DNA of 63,957 bases, filler included, from Trypethelium eluteriae (taxonomy: Eukaryota): the NCBI GenBank assembly GCA_051942245.1. It is 3 parts of 3 records of this genome, joined end to end, with 100 filler letters (N's around TTAATTAATTAA, not from the genome) between each part and the next. Parts side by side here need not be neighbours in the genome. Positions count along the whole stretch, not along the records: positions 23,369 to 46,631 come from JAVECL010000427.1; 2 more parts are not named here. One strand, written 5' to 3'. Each line of letters opens with the position of its first letter. Within the stretch, counting starts at the first letter, position 1. The translations under genes were made by a program, and so were the position numbers. Below the pieces are notes generated by a model. The model was not told the DNA's origin, ran no database searches, and saw only the letters and a list, made by a program, of their open reading frames with translations. Of this stretch, positions 26,597-37,755 are shown in pieces.

Positions 26597-28599
26597 TGAG
26601 TGGGAGGAGGTGACTGCAGCAGAAGCCGGTCGAAGATGAGGCAAGTGAGTCGTCCCTATTGTACGATCGACTTCAGGCCCAGCAGCAGCCGGAGCTGGGC
26701 CCGCCAGTGTTGCGCCTCGGTTGGGTCACGATCGAGCGCGGATTAGATTGCGGACGGAGCGTTGGAAGGTTGATGTCAGGGGCCTGGACTATCCGAAAAG
26801 GGCTCGCGGCTTAATGCAACACCCAGGAACAGAAACAACGTGCGCAACCTGCGGACCTTGCGTAAACTCGTCTTTGCCTCAGTGACGAGGATGTAAGACG
26901 AAGTTGAGCGCCAGGAGAATCTTCCGGAGGTTATGGGATCTGGGTTCAAGTACCGGGTTTGGCAGCCGCGTGGAATGGGTCGCCCCTCGCTTTCCACCGC
27001 AAATGGGAGATGAGCGGTGCGATGCAATGCGGCAAGAGAGGGTGTGCTTATTTCACGCTGATGGTACTGCGTACTCCGTATCTCCCGTGGAATAGGCACG
27101 AAGGCGCGATGGCACGATGGCACGATACCACGATACCACGATAACGCGGTAGGGCTCGGGGCCAGGTATGGATGGAGAATGGGGACGCGGATCGGGATGG
27201 AGGGCGCCAGCAGGAGATTAAAAGCGAGGAGGTGGTGGTGCTCACTGCTCACCGCTCCACCTCCAGGGCCATGGAGATTGAGTGTGAAGTTGGGCCTGGC
27301 GCTTGTACACTCGTAACATCCGGGCCAGCTCATCATCACCAGGCCCATCCAGTGCCAGTGCCAGGGCCGAGCGTGCAGATGCAAGGGTGGCGCGAACCTT
27401 GGAGGGCAGGCGTGGGTAGGGTACGGTACCTGTACACCGCAATCCACCGCAAATCGCCAATCTCTAATCCAATCCTCTCCCAAGCCTATCCAGCTCAAGC
27501 CAATCCAGTCCAGTCCAATCCAGTCCGACACGCTTTCACGCCCTCTCCACCAGCACCCGGTCGTCAGCCTAAGCGCACACATGCCCGAAGTGCTGCTTCT
27601 AGCGGCTCGCCCGGTCCCAGACAAGACCCAGAACTTTATCTGCAGTCTGCGCCCACCCATCGATGCACCTGCATTTCGCCATCTTCCTGCTCGTCACGCT
27701 CATCGTCAGTCGATATCACCGCCGTCTGCCCAGCCCGCCAGAGCCCGCGCCGCTTGCGAACCTTCCACCCTTCCACCCGTCCATCGGCTCACTTGCATTC
27801 AACATAAGCGAAGCAAACCCTGTTGTCCATACGAGAAAGTAGTCGACCATGGATGAGGCACTTTTACAACATAGGCCTCCCGCGGCACAGGCTGACAACT
27901 GGCATGCAATTCGCCTCTTCTCCCCTTAGTTAAAAATGTGATTTGATTAGCCACAACGCCAAAGGCGCCTCCCGCTCGAGCTCTGCACCATCTAGTCTTG
28001 CGGCGAGGGCAACACCTGGTACCTAATTAATTGAGACCAACATCGACAGGATAGCCAATGCAGCCCCGTTGATGACAATATTATCGATAGCTGCTTGATC
28101 TGATGAAACCGAAAATATCTCTCTCAGCTCATGAATTAGACGACGCCGAATTGGGTAGGTACATTAGGCTTCGAAAGCGGCATTGTCTGCACGTGAGCCC
28201 TCGATTTGTCCGCTCTCAAGTGGATATGTGTCGGGATGTTTTCGGATGCTTAGTGAAATGATTTAAGTGAGTGAACTTATTCTGAACTCGATCCTCTTTT
28301 TCTCTTTTCACTTTATTCCATTCCTAGAATTCTGTCGAATAGCCAGTTTCTGTGTTCGTAAGCATCCTGGACCCTCTTCCTCTTCTGGATCAGCTTAAGG
28401 GCCACGCACTTTGAGCTGACTCTGACTATTTGCCAAGGTCATCATGAAATAATCAACAGCCAGCGCTGCGGGTTCGAACGTCATATCAGAGGTGACTCCT
28501 GCATCTTTCCTATCTCGGGACCCCACTTGATCCCAGCAACTTATCACGGATCACGTCCTCACTCCTCGGTAAATTTGTTTTTCCTACTGTGCGAAACCT

Positions 28600-29460
28600 A
28601 CCTGATCTAAACGTGCGGCTATCCAGTCCATGAATGTTACCCCGAGGCAGTGCCTTTGGAGTGAACCAAATTGTGTTGCGTATAATTTCTTATCTTTCGG
28701 ATCCAGACTTCGCGATTAGAACAAGCAGAGCACGGACTGTTCAGCCTCACCCTTAGGTTGATCTGGGAAACTTATAACTCTCCGCTTGGCGGACTACTGT
28801 GCGCTTTGGACTCGCCTGCCGGTACCTTCTCCGATGTAGGACGCCCGAGGACCGTAGGGCATTAAGCTCTCTGTAGAGCTCAAAGGACTTCTTTCAATCA
28901 ACTGATCCGCAGTTCTAGCCGCGTCAATGCATGGTATGACCATTTTGCTTACCCATCGAACTCTATTACTGCTGGTTGCAGAGCCAGTCTCCGCTGGATG
29001 GATCGGATTTCATCGGGCTTCAGTCAATCGACGATGACTTTCTCCTCGTTCCCGTTCATGCTGCGAGCTCACATCCAGCCATGTGCCTGACACTCCAATC
29101 TTTTGGTGTTACCGATGATGCATATGCTGCAGCACAGTTCCCAGTCACACAGCTTAAACAACTCAACCTGGTTAATAGTCGTCGGTCCGCACGGCTTCGA
29201 ATGGAATGCTAGCGAGGACGCATCAGAACTCTTCGATTTTTTTTACTCGATATTATACTGAATTATCATCCACGATTCCTAATTCACGACTGAAGCCCTC
29301 TCGATTGTGGTGAGATATAAATCCCGGTCACAATGAATGCCTACAAGCTTTGCTGCCACCAATATCTCCAATTCCACCTCCTGGTAAGCACTCAAGTGGA
29401 AGAATGACCTGTCGTTGAGTGATTGTTCGGCTTTCAATGTCGCGAACGGAATACAGAAAC
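28600..29460 (-). pseudogene. Heavily decayed HET-domain (heterokaryon incompatibility) gene relic
   Basis: Collinear fragments in different frames, with stops: SIPFEAV (~29190-29210), SICII..DW...MA (~29080-29128), IERSPLSS..LQ (~28870-28899) and WIRKIRNYTQHNL (~28667-28705). They echo the HET-protein order IP.E.LP / SLCIIQD..DW..E...M / SPL..R.WVLQE / W..I..Y..R.L. Confidence 0.35.
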
Positions 29461-29505
29461 GCAATGTCTGTGCTGCTGCAGAGAACGCGCAGACTCACCG
29501 TAAGT

Positions 29506-32500
29506 CTACTTCCAGCTGAACCAGGCCCAAAATCCCGTCACTTGGGACTGCATCGGCTCTTGCTGCTTTGCCTTGACTGTCACTTCCAGTGGAAGTCGAG
29601 CTTGGCCACTCGCCTGCTGTACCGGCAAAATTCTATCCAGCAAAGTTCTGGAAGCCTCCTCTCCGAAGAATTGTCGCAGTATGTCCTCTGCCTTGACGTG
29701 TTTTGCCTTAAATGGGGCTGTGCGTATTGGTGTGCTTTTCTCCTGGTTGGCCATGGCTGATATTCCATTTCTTTCCTGAGGTCTGGGCTGTTCTTCAAGC
29801 TCTTCTGACTCGTATGTCATTGCCGGGACTTGTTCGTCGGTGTCAGGGTCAATCTTTCTGTAGACAGTCCTCGACAGAGAAGCCTTGACTCCTGCAGAGG
29901 TTGCACTACAGACACCAAGGGAACTAACCGGGGTTCCAGATACGTTCCGATTGTCGGTTGGTCTCCATAAGTCCTGAGTCATGATTGTTACATTTGTCGC
30001 TCCCCCAGCATCAATCATTCGCTCCACGTGCTTGAGTAAAGAGCCTTTTTTCCCGTCCGTGAAGTGCGGATTGGCTGGATGTAAGCTTTCCAACCACCGC
30101 AGGAACTCGATCCATGGAGATGCTTGCTGAGCTGCAACTTCTGGACTTGCGACAACTTCTAGAAGGAAGGCGGTTAGCTGAGCATTGGGGCGACGTGGGT
30201 TGCGGAAACTGCAATCCAAGAGTGCGAACGCATCTGTTGACTGGTCAATTAGCCAGGGCTCCCTTCGTATTTTCTCGCCGACAAATTTGCGTAAACCATA
30301 GTCGACTGTCAGGCCCAGAAACGAGTTGATTTGATAAATACTCGGTATATCCGACTCAAAACTCCTATAAGCGAGAGGTCTGACAAGAGGAGCCCATTGT
30401 TGGGGAGACGAACCGACCCAATCGTAGACGGCCGTTTCCAGCGCTTCGAGTAATGCGTGATCTGTTCGAGACTGCTCGGCTTCCAATTCAGAGACATACT
30501 CAAACAATTCTTCTATCCAGTATCCAAATTTGAGCCGGCCATGATAATCCACAATATCCATGTGAGGTGCAATTTCTTGCACAGGAAACTTCTTTACCAA
30601 AAGCAGACAGGCACGGCCCAACATACCCAGCACATCAAAGTCCGGACCAGATCGAAGGACAAGCATATCACGCATGTGCTGATTGCTGAGGAAATCTTTC
30701 ACGGTCCGATGTATGAACTCCACCGTCCGCGTCTCGTAGGGAAAATGCTTCCAGTAGCGGTTTACTTCCAAAAGGTCTTTACAGCGTCCGCCGATCCGTC
30801 TCTTCAGAATGTTTTGCATCGAGTCGATCTCCCTAGGGTTTGCAGATCCCACCCTAGTTTTGATGGCACAGTCATCCTCATGATCGAATATCGAGAAAGC
30901 GATGACTGGAAGAGGCTGGTGAGCTCTCACGCATAGTTGCAAAATTTGCGAGGTTTGCTTCTGATAGAACGGGTCAATAGAATCGAAGATGTGTTGAAAA
31001 TATTCTTCCAGGCTAGATGGCAAAGATTCAACGCGTCTTCGAAGATCTTCGATGCCGTCCTCATTCTGTACACTTTTCAAGAGTTCAGCGACGACGAGTG
31101 AAACCCATAGAAAGACCCCGTTCGCCTTATCTGTGATCTCTTGGACAAGCTCAGCGCACTGGTCATCTCGGCTTTGCATACGTTTGAACTGAGGATCTTC
31201 TTCAAGCACGTCTTTGATATAAGTGCGAATGTCTTCTCGGGTGAGATCTTGCAGGACCAGCATCTGGGGCGAGCTTCCGAAGGCGTCTTCGAAGACATTC
31301 CAGGGCCGACTCGAAGCACAAATCTTAATATGAGCCGAGCCTGTCAAGCGCTTCAATATATGGATAACATCTTTATGTTCACCTTTGTATTCATCCAAGC
31401 CGTCAATGAAGAAGCAAAATTTGATACTTTTCTCGTCCAACTGCGCAAGGATTCGTTGCAAAGAATCTACTGCCTGAGATAACTCCTTCAATGTCCATAT
31501 GTCACTTATTTCGCTATGTATGCCATCTGCATTCCATCGAGCGGGACATACAGCTTCTATCAAGTCAGGGCACTGCCGGAAAATGTCGTACATCAGCGTC
31601 TGTAGCAGTCCCTCCTGTGACTTTTGCATCGGATTACCATTGCTCCAGAAAAAGTGGCTAGCAATCACCAGTTCCTTCCTGTCCTCTGCTTGACGGCGAA
31701 GAGCTTCCGCGGTGATACCGCTGTACGACTTAGGGATTATCCAAGCTATCTGGGCCCACCGGACCAGCGCCTCTTTTGTCTTGGCATGGTCACAGATAAA
31801 TTTCATCAGCGTGGACTTGCCAGATCCGGCTTTACCAGAGATCCAGAAGATTCCGGTACCAGAGACGAGCCAGTTCATGAAGTTACTTTCCGAAGAGACT
31901 GGAGGTTGTGACTCTGCAAACATCCAGGCATACGTTCTTTCGTGCGCTGGCTTGATTCTTTCATGTCTTGCTTTTATGGCATCAAACTTCAAGCTGAACA
32001 GGATTTTTTGTTGTTTTCCTACTTTGGTGCCTTCCTCTAGGACTCCATACAACAGATCCTTCACTTTACCATGATCGCGCGATTTGCTGCCCAGTGTTGA
32101 AAATAACTCTTCTTTAAGCAGGTCCAATTTGTTTGTCATTGAAGCTTCCATCTGTTTATCTCGTTCTGCAAGCTGATCGAGCCGTTGCAGAGCCTTTGAA
32201 GAACGTTCTCTAAGGAGAAGAATTAGTCAGTAGTACCCACTACTCGATCAAGAAGCGGATATTTACCTCAGCACTAATAACAGTTGCTGGTTCATTTGTA
32301 CTTGCAGTCCCTCCAACGTACTCTGCAATCGAGAAATTCTGTCTTGTTTCTGCTCTATCTTGTACGCATTCTTGATACTTCTGAATATGTTCCTCGAGTC
32401 ACCTAACTTGAGCTCACCCAGTAATGCAATTAATTCATCTGCCACACCGCAACAAGAGAATGCAATTGAGTTGAGTCCTTGCTCTGGAGCAGACAACTGG

Positions 32501-32697
32501 TCATTCCCTGAGCGCGAGTGTTCCCTAGCACTCGCACTCAGGCTTCGAAGCTGGATCGTCGTCTTCTCGATCTCATCATTGTCGGCAGTGCTTCCCCTTG
32601 CCGCAATTTCGCTGACTCTGCGGGCAAGCTTCGTGCCATAATCGACGAACTGAACCACCGCCGCAGCCACGCTAAGTGCGCTGAGAGGGTCGAGCAT
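29506..32697 (-). CDS. NACHT (STAND) NTPase, fungal NLR-like protein with HeLo-like/SesA-class N-terminal domain
   Basis: Exon 1 begins MLDPLSALSVAAAVVQFVDYG, a typical fungal STAND N-terminus. Intron 32210..32266 (GTAAAT..TAG). It has AHERTYAW, P-loop FWISGKAGSGKSTLMK, Walker B FFIDGLDE, ICASSRPW, ANGVFLWV and VEFIHRTVKDFL. Confidence 0.92.
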
Positions 32698-33687
32698 CTT
32701 GGCTCTTCGGATGAAATGACACCATTATCTCTCCACTGAAGACTGGACGTGGGAAAGACCGGAATGGCATTGCAACGGTGAGTGGCATTTATTAGAGGTA
32801 TGGGATCGGCCATGCATCGCGGGCGTCGGCGAGGCTGAGCCCAGCAGCTTGTGCGCTACAAGATCTGTATAGGTAGTTGGGGGCCATGTAGCGTAGAGCT
32901 AGAAATGCAGGAGCGAAAATCCCGCAGTCTGATTCGCGTTGAGACCAAGATCATGAGACGTGTATATCGCAGGCCAAGGACGGCCCAGACACGCTCACTC
33001 CGACTAGGACGTATTCGGATTAGGATCACTCAGCGGCATGGCTTCACGAGCCTGAATCCCCTAACAGACAGCCAAAATATTTGCTGTAGGTCTGCCAGCT
33101 CATGAAGTGAGCATAATCAGTCCATCAGTGCTCTGCATCGCATTACGGTGTTGCAATGCGCGGAATCTAATTGGTACCCCGGAATGTCTGGGATTCAGCG
33201 CTGACTCGTTCGTCATGCCTTTATTGAGCAAGTTTATGAATTCCATGACTGCTGTTGAACGAGCCAAGAGTAGCGGCTACGAACATAACTGCGGCTTTTC
33301 GTTGATGAAAGTGGAAACCCCAAAGGAGTTCTACGACGTTCGAAGTGCTGTGCTCTCTCTCAACATCAGCGAAGTGAAGCAGAAGAGGGTCAGCGTCATG
33401 TCATCGCAAGAAAACTTGGTGCCTTGTTCGAAGCGTTTGTGCCGTCCATAATATCTCATCTTGTCGCCGCTTGCAGAGAACGCCTATCTGATATTTCGTC
33501 TCATGTCACGGTCGTGTCATCCAACGATCGACACACAGGAGCCTTCGACGCCCAAATAGGCCCAGATGCTATTGAAAATCTGTGCAGTCTACTCTCAAAA
33601 GAAAGCTAGCAAGCGCTACGCTTGAATGTCTTTCCCTACGCGAATTTTACAGATATGCCTCGTTGAGAAAGCGCGGGATTTTAGTGT

Positions 33688-36600
33688 TCATTTATCTTCA
33701 AGGTACTCCTCGATTACACTCCTTGGTTTAACGTACCAGCCCAATGGTTTGTATTCCACGTTGTCGTACCCGAACGCCTTTGGTCCTCCAATTTCTAATC
33801 CCTTAGGCGTATCCGTCCATCTTGGCGAGCATGTGATACCCAAGACAACAACTCGAAATCCATACTTGAATTCCGGCACTCCCAATGCACGCCCAGAGCC
33901 TCGATCAAGTACACAAATCAGGTCAGGCACGGAAGCAATGATAGATTGCTTTCCAGCTGCATCAGTGTGCTCCGCAAGGATGTTCTCATTCTTGAAAGGA
34001 ACCTTCAATGTGCCTCCTCGGGCCACAGCACTCATGTACTCCGACGTTGCCGGGCCCTGCTCGTCTGATTCTTCCTCTGGAGAGGTGCTTGCAATGACGA
34101 CTTCGCCATATGAATGCCCCTTCCACAACCGTCTCTCAACTCCAATGATCTTGCCTCTAAAAAGAATCTTCGCGCTCTCCGACCCGCCAGCCTCTTCTAC
34201 GATAGCTTCTGCAACGCGGCTCAGCGTATTCGTGCGCTCTGCAACAGCAATACATCGGCCGATGCGCCAAGCCAAGCTATAACTATTGATCACGGCGCAA
34301 CCTCTGATTCTCTCCGTTGTTGTCGGTTTCGCAGCCTTTCCGACTCTTGACCCCATCTCGGCACAACTGGCTCTGAGTGCCCGATCAACTATCTCATCAT
34401 CAGGCGCTCTTGTCATGATGATGCTCTTGCCATCCCCGGAGTCGATTGCGCAAGGCGTAAGTTCCAAGGAATGATGTGCAGCAAGTGTTGTCTGCCAATA
34501 CGTGGGATATGCCCTTCCCATGAAATCAGCGTCGACTACGGGCCGGTTGAAGAATTTGGACGAGCCCACGAGCAGGGGCTCGAGACCATTGGCACCGCCA
34601 ATTTCGAGGCCAACTACCGCGTCGAAACAATCATGGCGGAGGTATTCCATGAGAACTGCAAAAGCAGAGACTGTCTCTGTAGCATTTAAACGCTCAACGC
34701 CGGTCGCGGGTGATCCCATGTGTCCGCCCCCTGGACTGGTTAGAGTTTGCTTGAAAATGCATTGTAGGGACATGACGCATACAATAAATGACTGCATCGT
34801 CCTTCAATGAAGACTCATCAATGACTCGCATGGTGTAACCAGCTCGGATTTGGTCTCTTAGTTGAAGCCGACTCGAGCCGGGACTGCCCCCTCCAGCACA
34901 TCCAAGGACGTAGCAGCCATCAGCCAGGTAGTTGATATCAGTCTCGCTAATCTGCCACTCCGGTACGCCTGTTTCATCATTCACAGCAACACAAGGCTTG
35001 TATGTCGTAGGATCTATAGTTGCCTTTTCTGTAACCTCAGTTTGGTAATCCACGATCATGTCAGTATAGTCGTCTCGATCTTCGGCAGTATCAAGCAATT
35101 CGCAGGAAGGCTGTAAATTGCTGTCCAGATTGCCAATGGCTTTTACCACGGTTCGAAGCTGGTTGGTCATGTAAGTGACAGGCAAGCTCTCAATCTCGGC
35201 AATGAAGACCGAGGATTCCTCGGCGCCAGCTTCGACGGTTTTTCTGACTGCTAAAATCTTGGCATTCTCGATGGCTTGAGCTTCAGTCTGGCTTGTAATG
35301 CTCTGCACCATATCTACCGTTCCTCCGACCTGTGACATCGCTGCGCCGACGGCATTTGCCACATCATGGAAGGGTGGCCTGATCAGATCAGAGGCACCCC
35401 TCAGAGAATCTGGAGCTAGGATGGAGCCTCCACCAACTAATAACACGGGTAGCGGGTCTGGTGAAGTCTTAATAACATCGATAGCTGCTTCTAGTAGATT
35501 CTTGATCCTTGCTTGAGCTCGATCGATTGTTTGTTTGGGAACTGACCTTACTAAGTCTACCTTCCCCATCAAGACCTTGTCCAGAGCGACAGCTATATCA
35601 GAGGCGGTAAGTGTGGAACCGCCGAAAACCTTGCCTTCTTCAGTCAGCGAATGGCCCACGGAGTCTGGCCCAACAGAAACCTGTTCATCCACTTCTCGTA
35701 CGATTGAACCTCCGCCCAGGCCAATGGAATGTAAATGAGGCATTGAATAATTAACCTTGACGCCAGCAACGGATACATACGCGGATGCTTGCCGAGGAAG
35801 TCCGGACGGTAGCAAGACACCGACATCTGAAGTTGTTCCACCAATGTCAACAACGATGGTCGACGTGGCTTCAATCCTCACACGAGATAGGTAGGCCGCT
35901 CCGCGCATAGAATTGGTGGCCCCGGAAGAAAATGTGCGGATCGGTACTCTCGCTGCAGATGCTGCGTCTAGCAGCGTCCCATCATTCTGGGTAAGGAACA
36001 ATGGACAGTCTAATTGGAGTTGCTTAATGGCAGTGCGGAAGCCTTTAATCGTACGACGTGCGTATTGTAGTATGGCTGCATTGAGTATGCTGGCATTCTC
36101 TCTTTCCAGAAATCCAATATTGGCGACTTCATGTGAGCATACAACGTCGACATCAGGCAGTTCGCGGGTGACAATTTCCCTAACCTTGTCCTCCTGCTTG
36201 AAGTGCGTATCGATGGGCGAGAAGATGCCTGCAATAACAACCGCATTCAGATGCTTCTGTTTGATGGCCAAACATTCCCGAATGACCTGGCTTTCCACTA
36301 CTGGAGCTTCTTGCGAGCCATCGATGTGCAATCCACCGTCAACATACCCCACATAACCTTTGAGGATCTTTGCCAGACTGGGTGGAAAATCTGAGAGGGG
36401 AGGAATTTCTCGCAAAAACGACTTTGAAAGACGTATCACTGCAACTCTTCGAAGCCTTCTAACATCTCGATGAATGTAAGCAAGAATCCGCTGGATCCGT
36501 AAACCAGATTTTGCAAAGCAGACAAACCTCGTTCTAGAACTGCATTGATAAAATGAGTCGTGCCGACTGTCACACTAGCAATCTTATCCGGGGTTAGCTT

Positions 36601-36838
36601 AGAAATATCCAAGACATTCCGAATAGCAGTCTCAATTCCTTCAGTCACGTGTGAAGTAGTTGGAGTCTTGCAATGGGCAACGACACCTCGATGCTCACTG
36701 GCCTGGGCCGATACATCAAGAGCGACCGCATCAGTATTGGTGCCTAGCTTGACTTAAGCAAAGAGGCCGATTTGAAGTCGATTCGGGGACAGATTTGACA
36801 TTACCTCCAACATCTACGCCGATACGTATCCCTGCCAT
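33688..36838 (-). CDS. Hydantoinase/oxoprolinase N-terminal domain fused to DUF917
   Basis: ATG 36838 gives MAGIRIGVDVGGTNTDAV across intron 1. Motifs VGTTHFINAV, GFLERENASILNA, SSGATNSMRGAA, VVDIGGTTSD, GLGGGS and VANAVGAA. The C-terminal DUF917 part has GCAGGGS, GGHMGSP and EIGGANGL..DADFMGRAYP. Three introns. Confidence 0.92.
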
Positions 36839-37755
36839 AGTACAGGAGCAAACCAGGGACCTTGGACAGACCTACCTCAGCTGAGATCCTCCTGTAGCAA
36901 CTCAATGTCTAATGTGCCAGGGGTAGTCTATGTCACTTGAGCCCTGGTGTTTAGCTGTCCCCTCAAGAAGATGAAGATTGAAGTTTAGCCGGCACGATGC
37001 CGATTGGATGAGGATTCTGTAGATTAGCACCAAAGGTAACAATTCCATCAGTACAGTACCCTCGCTACTAATTCTCTCGGGCGGTACCTGCAGGTACCCA
37101 AGTATTCCTTACGCGCCGCGCAATCTATATCTCCGAGGTTGCGTCTTGTTCTGGCAGGTATTGAAGAAATTTTGTCCTCTATCAGCGGCTGACCTTGCAA
37201 CAGCCGTTACTCCGAAGATTGTTGTTGGTTTTGCCACCGCCCTTCTTTTTTCCCCCTTTCAGAACTTGCAAGGGAGGATCAATTTCTGAATATCATGTTG
37301 TCAAAGGCGTAGGCTGTCATGACGACCACGATGTCAGTTTGATGTCTTGAAATCAGGCTGGCATCGAGCCTGCGTGGTGGTGCCACTTTTTCTTCTTTGA
37401 CAGCCATAGGGCCGCATGGTGGGTGGAGGCTAGGCTGGAAGTAGTTGTGGCTTTGTAAATGGCTGGCGCTGATTGGGTAAAGCTGACAGATGGGAATTGA
37501 GATCGGGAGATGGGGCAACATGGGATTGTTTGGCTGCCGCGGCAGAATGCCATGTCAAGTCGCACCAGCTTACCACCTTACAATTCTGTTCGCTCACTGT
37601 GACGCCATCGGGTGGCGGCGACCTCTGCCGTGCTCGATGCCGTCTCTGCTCAGAATTACACTATATAACAGCAAGAGCTCCCGAATATCGTACCGCCTCC
37701 CTTCTGGACTTTCAGCTCACTGTCCCAGAGCCACACCATCGCTTCACTAACCAAG

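Noticed and set aside
26776..27807. Overlapping 294-aa (-) and 211-aa (+) ORFs
   Set aside because: The translations simply follow DNA microsatellites (WIGLDWIGL, WHWHW) and have no domain-like content. The region is better explained as regulatory sequence.
28462..28485. GGTTCGAA T-loop-like motif suggesting a tRNA
   Set aside because: No flanking T-stem, D-arm or acceptor stem could be folded.
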